From the NCBI GenBank assembly GCA_021513695.1, contig CP084166.1:832001-896000 (forward strand): a stretch of DNA of 64,000 nt, given 5' to 3'. This DNA is from Candidatus Heimdallarchaeum aukensis (lineage in GTDB: Archaea; Asgardarchaeota; Heimdallarchaeia; Heimdallarchaeales; Heimdallarchaeaceae). Below, in pieces: positions 49,157 to 59,143 of this stretch. Within the stretch, counting starts at the first letter, position 1; each line of letters begins with the position of its first letter. The position numbers and the translations under genes are program-made. Under the pieces are notes generated by a model that was not told the DNA's origin, did no database searches, and saw only the letters and a list, made by a program, of their open reading frames with translations.

Positions 49157-50155
49157 TCACATAAATACATTATAATCAAGAGACCTATTAAAAATATAGG
49201 TAAACAATTTCTCCTTTTTCACTGGTAAAAATCTTGATTTTCGAGGTTGTGAGAGAATTGGATAGTCATAATCATATAATATTTTTCTGAAATATTTAGT
49301 TATATAATATTTCTCAAGAGTATTGATTTCTTTCTTCCAAACTTCTAGATTATCTGCAGAGATACCTTGAAACTGTTTGTTGAGACTTGAATTTCCCAAC
49401 CACAACTTCCCTTTGATAGTTGGTTTAAGAAGAATAGGATCATATTTTACTCCAATGAAATCAGCTAATTCTTTCATAGATTTTTCAGGATTAGTCAAAA
49501 TATCTTCATATTTAATAACATGATAAGAATCAGGAAACAGCTCTAAATTACGATACATGTGGTAGAAAGAATTTTTCAGAGAAAGTAAAGGAACACTAAT
49601 TTTGGGATATTTTCCTTTATTCACAGCCTTTTGTAAATAACGTCTGTAACTAACCAGATTAGAATATGGATTGCGTAACACACGTATAAATTTGGCATCT
49701 GGAAAGAGTTTTTTCAATAAAGGTACAAATTCATCATGTTCTACAGATTTTTCTACAAAACGTTTCGTTTCTACGTAGTCTTCTTCATAAAAGGAAGCAT
49801 AAATTGCTTGGAAGTAAAGTTCAACAAGATCTTTAAAATCATCAACTTCTTTCTCAATTTTTTGATTGAATATAGAAAGGTTGAACATTCCTATTCTACT
49901 TGAAGAATCATGACTAAAATCTTGCTTTACAGTATTAATTTTTTTAATATGTTTCTTAAAATTGTCTTTTATTTCCTTAAATGAAAGATCTTGAGGGTAA
50001 GTCTTTCTCCCTCGATAATCAACCCATCGTCCAGATAATTGGAAAATGTGTGTTTCAAAAGGAATACTAAAAAGTTCAGGATGATTATCTAGTAATCTTA
50101 ATAGTAAAGTTGTACCACTCTTATGTGGACCTACAATGAAAATGGGATTATTCAT
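49157..50155 (-). CDS. PAPS-dependent sulfotransferase (paralog 3)
   Basis: 5'-PSB GPHKSGTTLL and 3'-PB LRNPYSNLVS. Confidence 0.75.
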   Translation of the reverse strand: MNNPIFIVGPHKSGTTLLLRLLDNHPELFSIPFETHIFQLSGRWVDYRGRKTYPQDLSFKEIKDNFKKHIKKINTVKQDFSHDSSSRIGMFNLSIFNQKIEKEVDDFKDLVELYFQAIYASFYEEDYVETKRFVEKSVEHDEFVPLLKKLFPDAKFIRVLRNPYSNLVSYRRYLQKAVNKGKYPKISVPLLSLKNSFYHMYRNLELFPDSYHVIKYEDILTNPEKSMKELADFIGVKYDPILLKPTIKGKLWLGNSSLNKQFQGISADNLEVWKKEINTLEKYYITKYFRKILYDYDYPILSQPRKSRFLPVKKEKLFTYIFNRSLDYNVFM

Positions 50156-50456
50156 TTAATTATCAAAAAAGAAAAAGTAAAACACTAAATTAAATTTTTT
50201 ATTGCAGCTATGAATGAGAATTTATTATTTTGAGGATTGGTTAGATTAATTTAGGATATCATCAAAAAGTGGTCTTCTCAATTTCAAACTAACACATCTT
50301 ATGGTTTAAATATATATAAGTGGAAAAGATGAGAACTAGAATATGGTTGTAATGAAACCAAATAGTAAATTTTGAAAGAAAAAATTTAGCTTATAAAAAC
50401 TCTGAAAAAATCAAAAAGCGATTTTCACCAGAAATTTGATTCTTTACTTTTCTTTT

Positions 50457-51401
50457 TTATCTCTTTTTGATTAACAAATTTTGATATATCTCTCTCCATT
50501 TTAGAGCAACATTTTGTGGACTATGCTCATCTGGAAATTTATCAATTTCCTTATCTTTTAATATCACTTTATTTCCAAGAGCTAAAGCTTGCAAAGCAGT
50601 TAAACTCAAGGAATCCAAAAATGTGTTACGATAAGGTTCTTGGCGAATATCGATATAATATTCATACATTTCAAGTGTTCTAGCAAAGTCTTTATAGGGG
50701 ATTATAGTTTTATTCCTTTCAATAATTGTCAGTTTTAAATTCCTTTTTTTAGCTTCTTTAATTGCTAATTTTCTAGCTTCTGTAAATCTATCATATGCTT
50801 GAATAAAGAGCGCAGTATCCTTCTTTGCATTTTTTATTCTTTTAAACAATGTAAAATCAACAGGATTAGGAACATACTCTCCCTTAATATGATCCAAAAG
50901 ATCAGGAGTGCTAACAGTTATCTTATTTGCGAATCTAAATTTGTCTTTTTTCTTTTCAGTTTTAAATCTGATATCAGAGCCATGATAATGTATTATTATA
51001 ACTTTTCTTGGATAAACGAACCTGAGATGAGGTATTATCCAATCATACCAATGAACATGTAAAATATCATATTTTTTTGCTAATTTTATAGTTTTTATGA
51101 AAAAAATAAAGAATTTTGAAGGAGTTGCAATAAAAAGCTCTGGATGTACTTCACAGAACTTTGCTTTATCTAGATCTCTTCGAGCTATAATGTCTGCTTC
51201 TATCCCTAATTTTCTCGTTTCATATGCAAGAGTGTTTGCTACTCCTGCAACATTCCATATGTGTAGAATTTTTAAAGATTTATTGCTTTGACTTCGAGAA
51301 AACAGTTTTATTACTATATTAAATATCCACATGTAGAGTTTAAAATACAATAAAACTATTGTTAATACAATGTTTTTTATTATTTCTCCTATTTTTTTCA
51401 T
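50457..51401 (-). CDS. GT-B-like protein of an uncharacterised subfamily (HYHGSDIR motif), N-terminal TM; paralog of 43828-44751
   Basis: LKILHIWNVAGVANTLAYETRKLGIEADII Rossmann-like start, HYHGSDIR block, and LDSLSLTALQALALGNKVI (GT4-like E/S...EA.A.G..V region). Confidence 0.5.
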   Translation of the reverse strand: MKKIGEIIKNIVLTIVLLYFKLYMWIFNIVIKLFSRSQSNKSLKILHIWNVAGVANTLAYETRKLGIEADIIARRDLDKAKFCEVHPELFIATPSKFFIFFIKTIKLAKKYDILHVHWYDWIIPHLRFVYPRKVIIIHYHGSDIRFKTEKKKDKFRFANKITVSTPDLLDHIKGEYVPNPVDFTLFKRIKNAKKDTALFIQAYDRFTEARKLAIKEAKKRNLKLTIIERNKTIIPYKDFARTLEMYEYYIDIRQEPYRNTFLDSLSLTALQALALGNKVILKDKEIDKFPDEHSPQNVALKWREIYQNLLIKKR

Positions 51402-51536
51402 TATTCTCTCTCAATATCAGCTATTTATATAGTTTAGCAAAAATATCTTTTTTAAAAAGTTAATTTGTTATTTAGGAATAGCTTTACAATAAATGATTTT
51501 GCAAGAATTACCTTAATAAAAGAAAAAAAGAAAAAG

Positions 51537-53279
51537 TTAAGCAATTTTTTTTCTTGTTAGTATGACTAAAGTTACTAGTCCAATAATAGTAATAAAAAAT
51601 GGGAGAGAGATTGTTTTTGTAGAAGGGTGCTCACTTGGATCCAATGGATTATAACCTTTTTGAACTTCCTCACCATCCATCCAACCATCTGAATCAGTAT
51701 CTGAATTTAAAGGGTCAGTAAGGTAAATATTAACTTCTTCTCCGTCACTTAGTCCATCTGAATCAGTGTCTGAATTTAAAGGGTCAGTAAGGTAAATATT
51801 AACTTCTTCTCTGTCACTTAGTCCATCTGAATCAGTGTCATTGTTATTTGTTAGAGTTCCTATATATTGTTCATAAGCATTTGATAAACCATCATAGTCT
51901 GAATCAACATCATACAAGTTCTTAGTCCTTATGAACTTAGAAGATCCACTCATTCCTTCCCAATAAACATGTAGAGAACTTGAAGGAAAAGAAAAACAGT
52001 AGATATATTCAGTAGTATCACCTATAATAAGCTCCAAATGACCATCAGAATCAATATCACCAATAGAGGGAGAAGAATAAGCAAAAGGACCAAGAGTATA
52101 ACTCCACAATAAAGATCCATTATTACTCAAACAATATAAATTACTATCATGAGACCCAAAAATAATCTCAAAATATCCGTCTGCGTTAATATCTGCAACA
52201 GAAGGAGAAGAACGAACATTATCTCCTGTTTTGTAAGTCCATTTTATAGAACCATCATTGTTGAAACAGTACACATAATCAGAATCACTCCCCACAATAA
52301 TCTCAAAATAACCATCAGAATCTATATCTACGACAGCAGGAGAATCCCACACTCTATCTTCAGTATTGTATCGCCATTTTAAAGTACCATTATAATTTAA
52401 ACAATAGATGTAACCGTCATGGCTACCAATAATGATTTCTGATCTCCCGTCTGAATTAATATCTGCGATAGCTGGAGAAGAATAAATATCATTAGCAGTA
52501 CCGTATCGCCATTTTAAAGTACCATCATTGTTGAAACAATAAATGTAATTATCATAACTTCCGACAACAATTTCCAAGTCCCCATCAGCATCAATATCAC
52601 CGACTGAAGGTGAAGAAAGAACATTAAGACCAGTACCGTATCGCCATTTTAAAGTACCATCATTGTTTAAACAGTAGATATAATAGTCATCGCTACCAAT
52701 AATGATTTCTAAATTTCCGTCTCCGTCAATATCAAAAACAACTGGAGCAGTACGAACTTTTTCTCCTGCTTTATAAGTCCATTTTACAGTACCATCATTA
52801 TTCAAGCAGTATATGTAATTGTCATCACTTCCTACAACGATCTCCAAATTTCCGTCTTTATCAATATCTACAACTACAGGAGAAGAACGAGTGGATCCAC
52901 CTGTTTTGTAAGTCCATTTTACAGAACCATCATTGTTGAAACAATAGATGTAACTATCCAAACTCCCTTCAATGATCTCTACATTTCCATCGGCATCAAT
53001 ATCAACTATAGCAGGAGAAGAATGGATATCTCCCCCAGTTCTATAACTCCACAATAACTCAGCTTCAATACTCTTAAATGTTGAACCTTTGGGTGTTTCA
53101 AGATTAGTACTTGCATAAGAAAGAGAGTCAGTAGATAAAGAAGTTTCACCATTATAGTTTAAGGAAGTATTAAGTCTTCGATAATCAGTTTCATAATTTG
53201 ATGTTAACAAAGCAGGTGTTAACAAAATAATTAATAAAGCAACCGTGATAGTTAAACTTCTTATTCTTGAAATTTGCAT
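51537..53279 (-). CDS. surface-anchored beta-propeller protein: signal peptide, ~8 FG-GAP-like blades, three TSP3-like Ca-binding repeats, C-terminal TM
   Basis: Signal MQISRIRSLTITVALLIILLTPALL, with the start set at ATG 53279. Eight repeats of VDID.DGN.EII.GS.D.YIYC.NNDG..KW.Y.TG (DxDxDG Ca-binding loops). SDTDSDGLSDxEEV repeats. C-terminal FFITIIGLVTLVILTRKK anchor. Confidence 0.65.
   Translation of the reverse strand: MQISRIRSLTITVALLIILLTPALLTSNYETDYRRLNTSLNYNGETSLSTDSLSYASTNLETPKGSTFKSIEAELLWSYRTGGDIHSSPAIVDIDADGNVEIIEGSLDSYIYCFNNDGSVKWTYKTGGSTRSSPVVVDIDKDGNLEIVVGSDDNYIYCLNNDGTVKWTYKAGEKVRTAPVVFDIDGDGNLEIIIGSDDYYIYCLNNDGTLKWRYGTGLNVLSSPSVGDIDADGDLEIVVGSYDNYIYCFNNDGTLKWRYGTANDIYSSPAIADINSDGRSEIIIGSHDGYIYCLNYNGTLKWRYNTEDRVWDSPAVVDIDSDGYFEIIVGSDSDYVYCFNNDGSIKWTYKTGDNVRSSPSVADINADGYFEIIFGSHDSNLYCLSNNGSLLWSYTLGPFAYSSPSIGDIDSDGHLELIIGDTTEYIYCFSFPSSSLHVYWEGMSGSSKFIRTKNLYDVDSDYDGLSNAYEQYIGTLTNNNDTDSDGLSDREEVNIYLTDPLNSDTDSDGLSDGEEVNIYLTDPLNSDTDSDGWMDGEEVQKGYNPLDPSEHPSTKTISLPFFITIIGLVTLVILTRKKIA
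51686..51840. repeat. 69-bp tandem repeat (2.2 copies, ~97% identical) inside the propeller gene, encoding 23-aa DTDSDGLSD(R/G)EEVNIYLTDPLNS units
   Basis: catctgaatcagt(a/g)tctgaatttaaagggtcagtaaggtaaatattaacttcttctc(c/t)gtcacttagtc repeats at 51686, 51755 and 51824. Confidence 0.8.
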
Positions 53280-54126
53280 TATTTTTTCTCTAGTTTGAAA
53301 TATTTTTTGATTTTTAGCTTGCTTTTTTTTCATTATTAATTCATTCCTTTTTATTTTATGATTTTTCTGTTGCGATTTACTTGAATATTTAGAAACACTT
53401 CTTCTAAATCGTAATTTAGTAGCTGATTTTGCTCTCTGTCTAAATATCATCCATGAATTATCTTTTTGTTATCTTTTCCTACTCTATCAGTGGAATGGTA
53501 CAAACGATGAAATTTAAAGGTTTCAAAGTACTAACATCATCTAGGAATTATGAGACACTATTGAAGTATTTAACTCTTCGCTCAACGAGCAGCTATAATA
53601 TTCTGATTACTAGTGAATAGGTTGATTTAAGCATCTAGTTAAGGCACTTTTAGGAATGGTTTTTTTACATCTTTTCTCATTTCCAGTACCTCTTTTTGAA
53701 CATAGTTCGTTTCTTTTTTAGAGTAGATCACATAGTTATTACCAGAATCATATATAAACTAGACATTTTTTGAAGGAAGAAAATAACTGCAAAAAAGAAA
53801 CTCAAAGTTACATTCAGCCATTTTTTTAAATAAAATCACATTTCCCCAATATTCTAAAATCATTTTTACAACATTTTCAGGACTATGATACTTCATACAA
53901 TCACTTTAAAAAGATTTGAACTTGAATTTTTACAAAACTTAAAAAAATAGATTCATAACCGAATTTCAAGAGCTTCTGCAAAGATGCACTCTCATTAGCT
54001 ACATTTATTGTAAAGATGAAAGTAACTTAAAAACATTAACTATCATTTCTTTTTATTCCTACTATATGAATAAAACAATCAATTGTTAATAAGTAATATT
54101 TTTATTTTCTATCCTAATTTTAAATT

Positions 54127-56004
54127 GTGAGATATAAAGATCCATTTCTTATTCCAATAATGCAAATTAGTAAAAAAAAGAAATTAAGGAATGAGGAAAA
54201 GATACAATTAATAGAAAATATTTTTCAGAAAATAATAAAATTTACAGGAGAAAATAGAGAAATACGAAAAAAAATAGAAGAAATAAGAAAAATCATTGCT
54301 AAGAGCGGAATAGAAATTAATAAAGAAATCAACAATTTGAACAATTTAAACGATTTAAATAATTTAAATAATTTAAACAAGAAACTCAACTTTAGTTTAG
54401 ATGAAAGAAAATCAAATATTTTTATCACTCCTTATCATCTTTCACTAATCACAAGTATTTGCTCTACAGACCCTAAAAGCAATGGAGAGTTTAACACACC
54501 GTTCTATATAGCAGAATACTTGGCAGAAAGAGCAATAAAATACTATTTAACAGAAAACAAAGCAGAAGAAAAATCAGATAACAAAACAGAACAAAGTAAA
54601 CTACTTAGATTAAAGTTTGCAGATATAGCTAGTGGAACAGGAAACTTGATACTCGCTCTCTTATATAAATTAAAAGAAAGAATAAAAAAGGAAGAAGAGA
54701 TAGAAAATGAAGAATTAATAGAGTTTATCAGTAACAACATTTATTGTTACGATAATAACCAATTAGCACTAAAAATAAATGAGCTTAGACTATTCTTATT
54801 CATCAAATTTACTATGGAAGAAGCAGAATTAAGAAAAGTAAATTTTAAAACAATAAAAACAAATACTTTGGATAAAGAAAAAATAAAGAAAAACAATTAT
54901 TTTGATATTATTTTAATAAATCCACCTTTCAAAACTTATGGATTAAGAAATGGGCAAAAGTATAGCCAAGAATTAAAGAACTATTTAAGAAAAGAATATA
55001 AGACCGCAGAGTATAAACTTCCACTTTATCCACTATTCATGGAAAGAGCAATAGAATTGTTAAGAAAAAGAGGAGTTCTTGGAGTAGTTAGCCCAGATAG
55101 TTTTTTGTTAGGTAAATATTACTCAAAAATAAGAAGTTATATTCTCAACAATACTACAATTAAAGAAATAACACTATTAGACTATGAACCCTTTGAAAAA
55201 GTAACACTAGGAAGAACAGCGCTAAGTTTCTATATGAAAAAAAATGAAAAAGAAAAAAAACAGAATCAAATAATCACGAAAAAAATAAGCAATTACCAAA
55301 CTTTCACTCACAAAAATGAGATTGATAAGAAGTACTTGAACAATGAAAAAAAATTCCTAAAAAATGATCTAAATAGATTTTTTCTGTTCTTTAATGAGAA
55401 AGAAGAAAAGATAGTAGAGAAATGGATTGAAAAAGCAGATTGTAAACTAGAAGATCTGGTAACAATCCACACAGGAATAAGAAGTAAAATAGGCCAAAAA
55501 AAGATCATTAGCTTAAAAAAACATGATGAAAATTGGAAAAAAGGAATATTATCAGGAAAACAAATAAAACCTTTTTATTTAGAATACAAAGGACATTGGA
55601 TAAATGTTGATCCAACTATATTATGGGCAGGAGGTTATAATGAGGAGATAATAGAAAATCCTAAATTGTTAATAAGACAAACAGGAGATAAAATAATTGC
55701 ATGTGTAGATACTAATGGCTATTACCACTTGAATAATATTCACTCACTTTCTCCAAAAGACGAAACAGTTGACCTTTACTCCTTATCAGTTATCTTAAAT
55801 TCAAAAGAATTTAATCAAGTCTATAGAATTTTAAGTATGGAAAAAAAAAGAACATTTGCTCAAATAGACATAGATTTTTTCCTCAAAATGCCGATAATAT
55901 ACTTTTCAAAAGAAAAAAAAACACTTTATGAATTTTATCTAAAAGAAAGCACCAAACAGAAAAAAAGAATAGAAATAGAATCATATTTATTAGATAATAT
56001 TTAA
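54127..56004 (+). CDS. N6-adenine DNA methyltransferase, gamma class (Eco57I/TaqI-like), solitary
   Basis: Motif X-like EFNTPFYIAEYLAERA. Motif I FADIASGTGNLILALL. Motif IV IILINPPF. Long C-terminal target-recognition region. Contains an N-rich low-complexity insert (NLNNLNDLNNLNNLN). Confidence 0.75.
   Translation: MRYKDPFLIPIMQISKKKKLRNEEKIQLIENIFQKIIKFTGENREIRKKIEEIRKIIAKSGIEINKEINNLNNLNDLNNLNNLNKKLNFSLDERKSNIFITPYHLSLITSICSTDPKSNGEFNTPFYIAEYLAERAIKYYLTENKAEEKSDNKTEQSKLLRLKFADIASGTGNLILALLYKLKERIKKEEEIENEELIEFISNNIYCYDNNQLALKINELRLFLFIKFTMEEAELRKVNFKTIKTNTLDKEKIKKNNYFDIILINPPFKTYGLRNGQKYSQELKNYLRKEYKTAEYKLPLYPLFMERAIELLRKRGVLGVVSPDSFLLGKYYSKIRSYILNNTTIKEITLLDYEPFEKVTLGRTALSFYMKKNEKEKKQNQIITKKISNYQTFTHKNEIDKKYLNNEKKFLKNDLNRFFLFFNEKEEKIVEKWIEKADCKLEDLVTIHTGIRSKIGQKKIISLKKHDENWKKGILSGKQIKPFYLEYKGHWINVDPTILWAGGYNEEIIENPKLLIRQTGDKIIACVDTNGYYHLNNIHSLSPKDETVDLYSLSVILNSKEFNQVYRILSMEKKRTFAQIDIDFFLKMPIIYFSKEKKTLYEFYLKESTKQKKRIEIESYLLDNI
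54334..54381. repeat. 9-bp microsatellite (aatttaaay) x5 inside the methyltransferase gene
   Basis: aatttgaacaatttaaacgatttaaataatttaaataatttaaacaag. In frame, it encodes (N/D)LN repeats. Confidence 0.7.
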
Positions 56005-56327
56005 TAAATAATTGAATTAAATTAAATTATAATAATATTTTAACTTTGAATTTATTAAAACTAAAGCCTATTACTCTTTATAATATCAAGGTTTGGTATA
56101 AAAAACTGAACTTAGTACATTAATATTCTTTTCTTACAGTATTTCAAGAATCAAAAATAATTATTATCACTTTAAAAGAAGTGATATTCAAGTAAGTATA
56201 ATTACCAATAAATATTTCCTAAAAATAAATAAAGAAAAAAAGTAAGAGGAGAAAGTGAAGAAAGTGTTTAAGAACAAAGTCTAGAACTAAATAAGCATGA
56301 ATAGTAAAAAATGATTAAAAGTTAACA

Positions 56328-57395
56328 TTATATTTTTTCGTTGCTAAAATCTTTATTTTTTTTCAAGTATTCTTTAGTTTCGATATTCTTTAACCACCAC
56401 TCATTTTCTAAATACCACTCTATTGTTAGTTGAATACCTTCTTCAAAATCGATTGTTGGAAACCAGTTCAGTTCATTTTTTATCTTTGAAATATCGATCG
56501 CATATCTTCTATCATGCCCTAATCTGTCTTTAACGTGTTTAATTAAAGTTTCATTAATTTTAGTGTCTTTTGTTTTCTCATATAAATAAGAAATTATTTT
56601 TTTTACAACATATATATTCTTTCTCTCATTTTGAGCTCCAATATTATATATCTCACCTATCCTTCCTTTTTCAAAAACCAAGTCGATTGCTCTACAATGA
56701 TCAGTGACAAATATCCAATCTCTTACTTGATTTCCATCTCCATATATAGGTAGATTCTTATGGTTCAATGCATTTTGTATCATTAATGGAATTAATTTTT
56801 CGGGGAATTGGAAGGGTCCGTAGTTATTAGAACATCTAGTAATATTTACTGGCATCCTATATGTATCAAAGTACGCTTTTACTATCAAATCTGCAGATGC
56901 CTTACTTGCAGAATAAGGACTATGCGGATCAAGAGGAGTTTTTTCTGTAAAAGCACCTGTAGGACCTAGAGAACCATATACTTCATCTGTTGATATTTGC
57001 AAGAATTTCTTATTTGCAATCCATTCTTCATTGTGATACCAATTTTTTTTACATATTTCAAGAAGTGAATATGTGCCTAAAATATTTGTTTGAAGAAATA
57101 TTTGTGGATTAGCAATAGATCTATCAACATGGGATTCTGCAGCGAAATTAATAACTCCATCTATATCTTTATAGGTTTCAAATATTTTCCTTAATAACTC
57201 AAAATTATTAATATCTCCTTTAATAAAAATAAACCTTGACTTTTGATCTTCAGTTAAATTTTTCCAATTTTCAACGTTACCAGCATAAGTAAGTTTGTCG
57301 ATACCAATTATTTCTCTATCAGGATATCTATCAAGATAATAATAAAGAAAATTACTTCCAATAAATCCTGCAACGCCAGTTACTAATATTTTCAT
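56328..57395 (-). CDS. rfbB: dTDP-glucose 4,6-dehydratase
   Basis: MKILVTGVAGFIGSNF, the YSASKASAD catalytic motif, and length 355 aa. Confidence 0.85.
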   Translation of the reverse strand: MKILVTGVAGFIGSNFLYYYLDRYPDREIIGIDKLTYAGNVENWKNLTEDQKSRFIFIKGDINNFELLRKIFETYKDIDGVINFAAESHVDRSIANPQIFLQTNILGTYSLLEICKKNWYHNEEWIANKKFLQISTDEVYGSLGPTGAFTEKTPLDPHSPYSASKASADLIVKAYFDTYRMPVNITRCSNNYGPFQFPEKLIPLMIQNALNHKNLPIYGDGNQVRDWIFVTDHCRAIDLVFEKGRIGEIYNIGAQNERKNIYVVKKIISYLYEKTKDTKINETLIKHVKDRLGHDRRYAIDISKIKNELNWFPTIDFEEGIQLTIEWYLENEWWLKNIETKEYLKKNKDFSNEKI

Positions 57396-57418
57396 TCCTA
57401 ATACTTCCTCTATGTTTT

Positions 57419-58267
57419 TTATTTGATCAATTCAATTTCCTCTAAAAATTTGATAGTAGCATCTTGCCAAGAAGGTAGTTTGTATCCAATTACTTCTTCT
57501 AAACCAAATGGGTCTAAAACTGATAAGAAAGGTCTTTTAGCAGGTGTATTAAACTCATGAGAGAGAGCAGGAAGAAGCTCTCCTTCCCACTCTATTTTAT
57601 TTAATATATATTCAGCCCATTGATATCGTGAACAATATCCAGAATTTGTCATATGATACAACCCATAATTTTCTGTTTTTATCAAGTTGTAAGTTGCATC
57701 TACAATATCGTTTGTATAACTTGGTGATGATATCTGATCAATAACGATTCTTATTTTTTTTCTATTTCTACTCCATTTTATAGTTTTAGTTATAAAGTTT
57801 TCATTACCTTTCCCAAAGACCCAGCTTAACCTTACTAAAAAAAACCTATTAGCGATATTTTGTACATTCTTTTCACCCAGCACTTTACTTTCTCCGTATT
57901 TTGAAATGGGAGATGGTTTATCATAAATTGTATAGGGATAACCTTTACATCCATCAAAAACATAGTCAGTAGAGTAATGGACAAGTATAGCATCTAATTC
58001 ATTCGCAAGTAAAGCTAAGTTTTTTGGACCAAGCCCATTGATTCGATAAGCAGATTGCCAGTCATTTTCAGCATTGTCTACTGCATTATAGGCAGCACAA
58101 TTAATAATTATATCAATATCTTTATTTGAAACATATTCCCGTAATTTTTTAAAATTTGTAATATCTAATTCGACATCAGTAGCAAAAAAACTAATTCCCT
58201 TTTTTAAAAAAAAGGTTTGGAATGATTGACCTAATTGTCCTTTTGATCCTGTAATTAATATTCCCAT
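57419..58267 (-). CDS. rfbD: dTDP-4-dehydrorhamnose reductase
   Basis: MGILITGSKGQLGQSF and the YGESK motif. 282 aa. Confidence 0.8.
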   Translation of the reverse strand: MGILITGSKGQLGQSFQTFFLKKGISFFATDVELDITNFKKLREYVSNKDIDIIINCAAYNAVDNAENDWQSAYRINGLGPKNLALLANELDAILVHYSTDYVFDGCKGYPYTIYDKPSPISKYGESKVLGEKNVQNIANRFFLVRLSWVFGKGNENFITKTIKWSRNRKKIRIVIDQISSPSYTNDIVDATYNLIKTENYGLYHMTNSGYCSRYQWAEYILNKIEWEGELLPALSHEFNTPAKRPFLSVLDPFGLEEVIGYKLPSWQDATIKFLEEIELIK

Positions 58268-58414
58268 ATAATCACCATTAAATTTTCATAAATATATCTT
58301 TTATGTGATTCAAATTTGAAATACTATAAAGCAACTCCTACGAACTAATTTCTTAATTAATGCATATATTATTCTCTTTCTTACATACCTTTTTAGCTTA
58401 ACTTCTTAATTAAA

Positions 58415-58996
58415 TCACTTTTCGTATTTAAAAGGTAATTCAATATCTTTCAAAAATGGTAATTTAGAATCTTTCTCTGAAATAATTAATCTTGAATCTT
58501 CAATCTTGTCTAAAGGCCATTTAATGTTTATATCTGGATCATTCCACCTGATTCCTCTATCATATGCTGAATAATAATAATCAGTTGTTTTGTAAACAAA
58601 TTCAGTCTCTTCAAGGGCAAGAAATCCATGAGCAAAACCTTTAGGAATATAAAACATGCGTTTGTTTTTTTCAGAAAGTTCTACACCATAATACTGACCA
58701 AAACTGGGAGAACCTACTCTTATATCAACAGCAACATCAAACACTCTTCCTTTGATTACACGTACTAATTTTCCTTGAGAGTGCTTAGATTGAAAATGTA
58801 ATCCTCGTAGAACTCCTTTTGAAGATTTAGAGTGGTTATCTTGTACAAAATCCACGTTTAATCCAATTTTGTTAAATTCCTTTTTATTATAAGTTTCCAT
58901 AAAAAATCCTCTTTCATCGTAAAAAATTACTGGTTCAATAATAAATGCCCCTTCCAATATTGTTTCAATTTTATTAAATTTTAACATATAAATCAC
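58415..58996 (-). CDS. rfbC: dTDP-4-dehydrorhamnose 3,5-epimerase
   Basis: RmlC cupin with the ...DERGFF.E...LRGLHFQ... signature. 193 aa. Confidence 0.85.
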   Translation of the reverse strand: MIYMLKFNKIETILEGAFIIEPVIFYDERGFFMETYNKKEFNKIGLNVDFVQDNHSKSSKGVLRGLHFQSKHSQGKLVRVIKGRVFDVAVDIRVGSPSFGQYYGVELSEKNKRMFYIPKGFAHGFLALEETEFVYKTTDYYYSAYDRGIRWNDPDINIKWPLDKIEDSRLIISEKDSKLPFLKDIELPFKYEK

Positions 58997-59143
58997 CGTA
59001 AATCTTTACTATAATTTTTGGATTAGTTTATCTCATAATCATGTTTATTTTTTGTCACTGTTGTACTATTGAAATGAAATTAATTTTATTCTATTAAATC
59101 TATTGAATTACATTATACTTTGTAATATGTAGATGAAAAATTT

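Noticed and set aside
51686-51840. CRISPR array
   Set aside because: The only tandem repeats (69-bp x2.2 and 9-bp x5) lie in frame inside protein-coding genes and encode peptide repeats. No repeat-spacer architecture or cas genes are present.
53451-54126. Restriction endonuclease partner of the methyltransferase
   Set aside because: There is no ORF over 40 aa in the flanking 675 bp and no adjacent HsdS/HsdR-like gene. Only a 38-aa ORF (53508-53624) is present. A decayed remnant remains possible but is unsupported.
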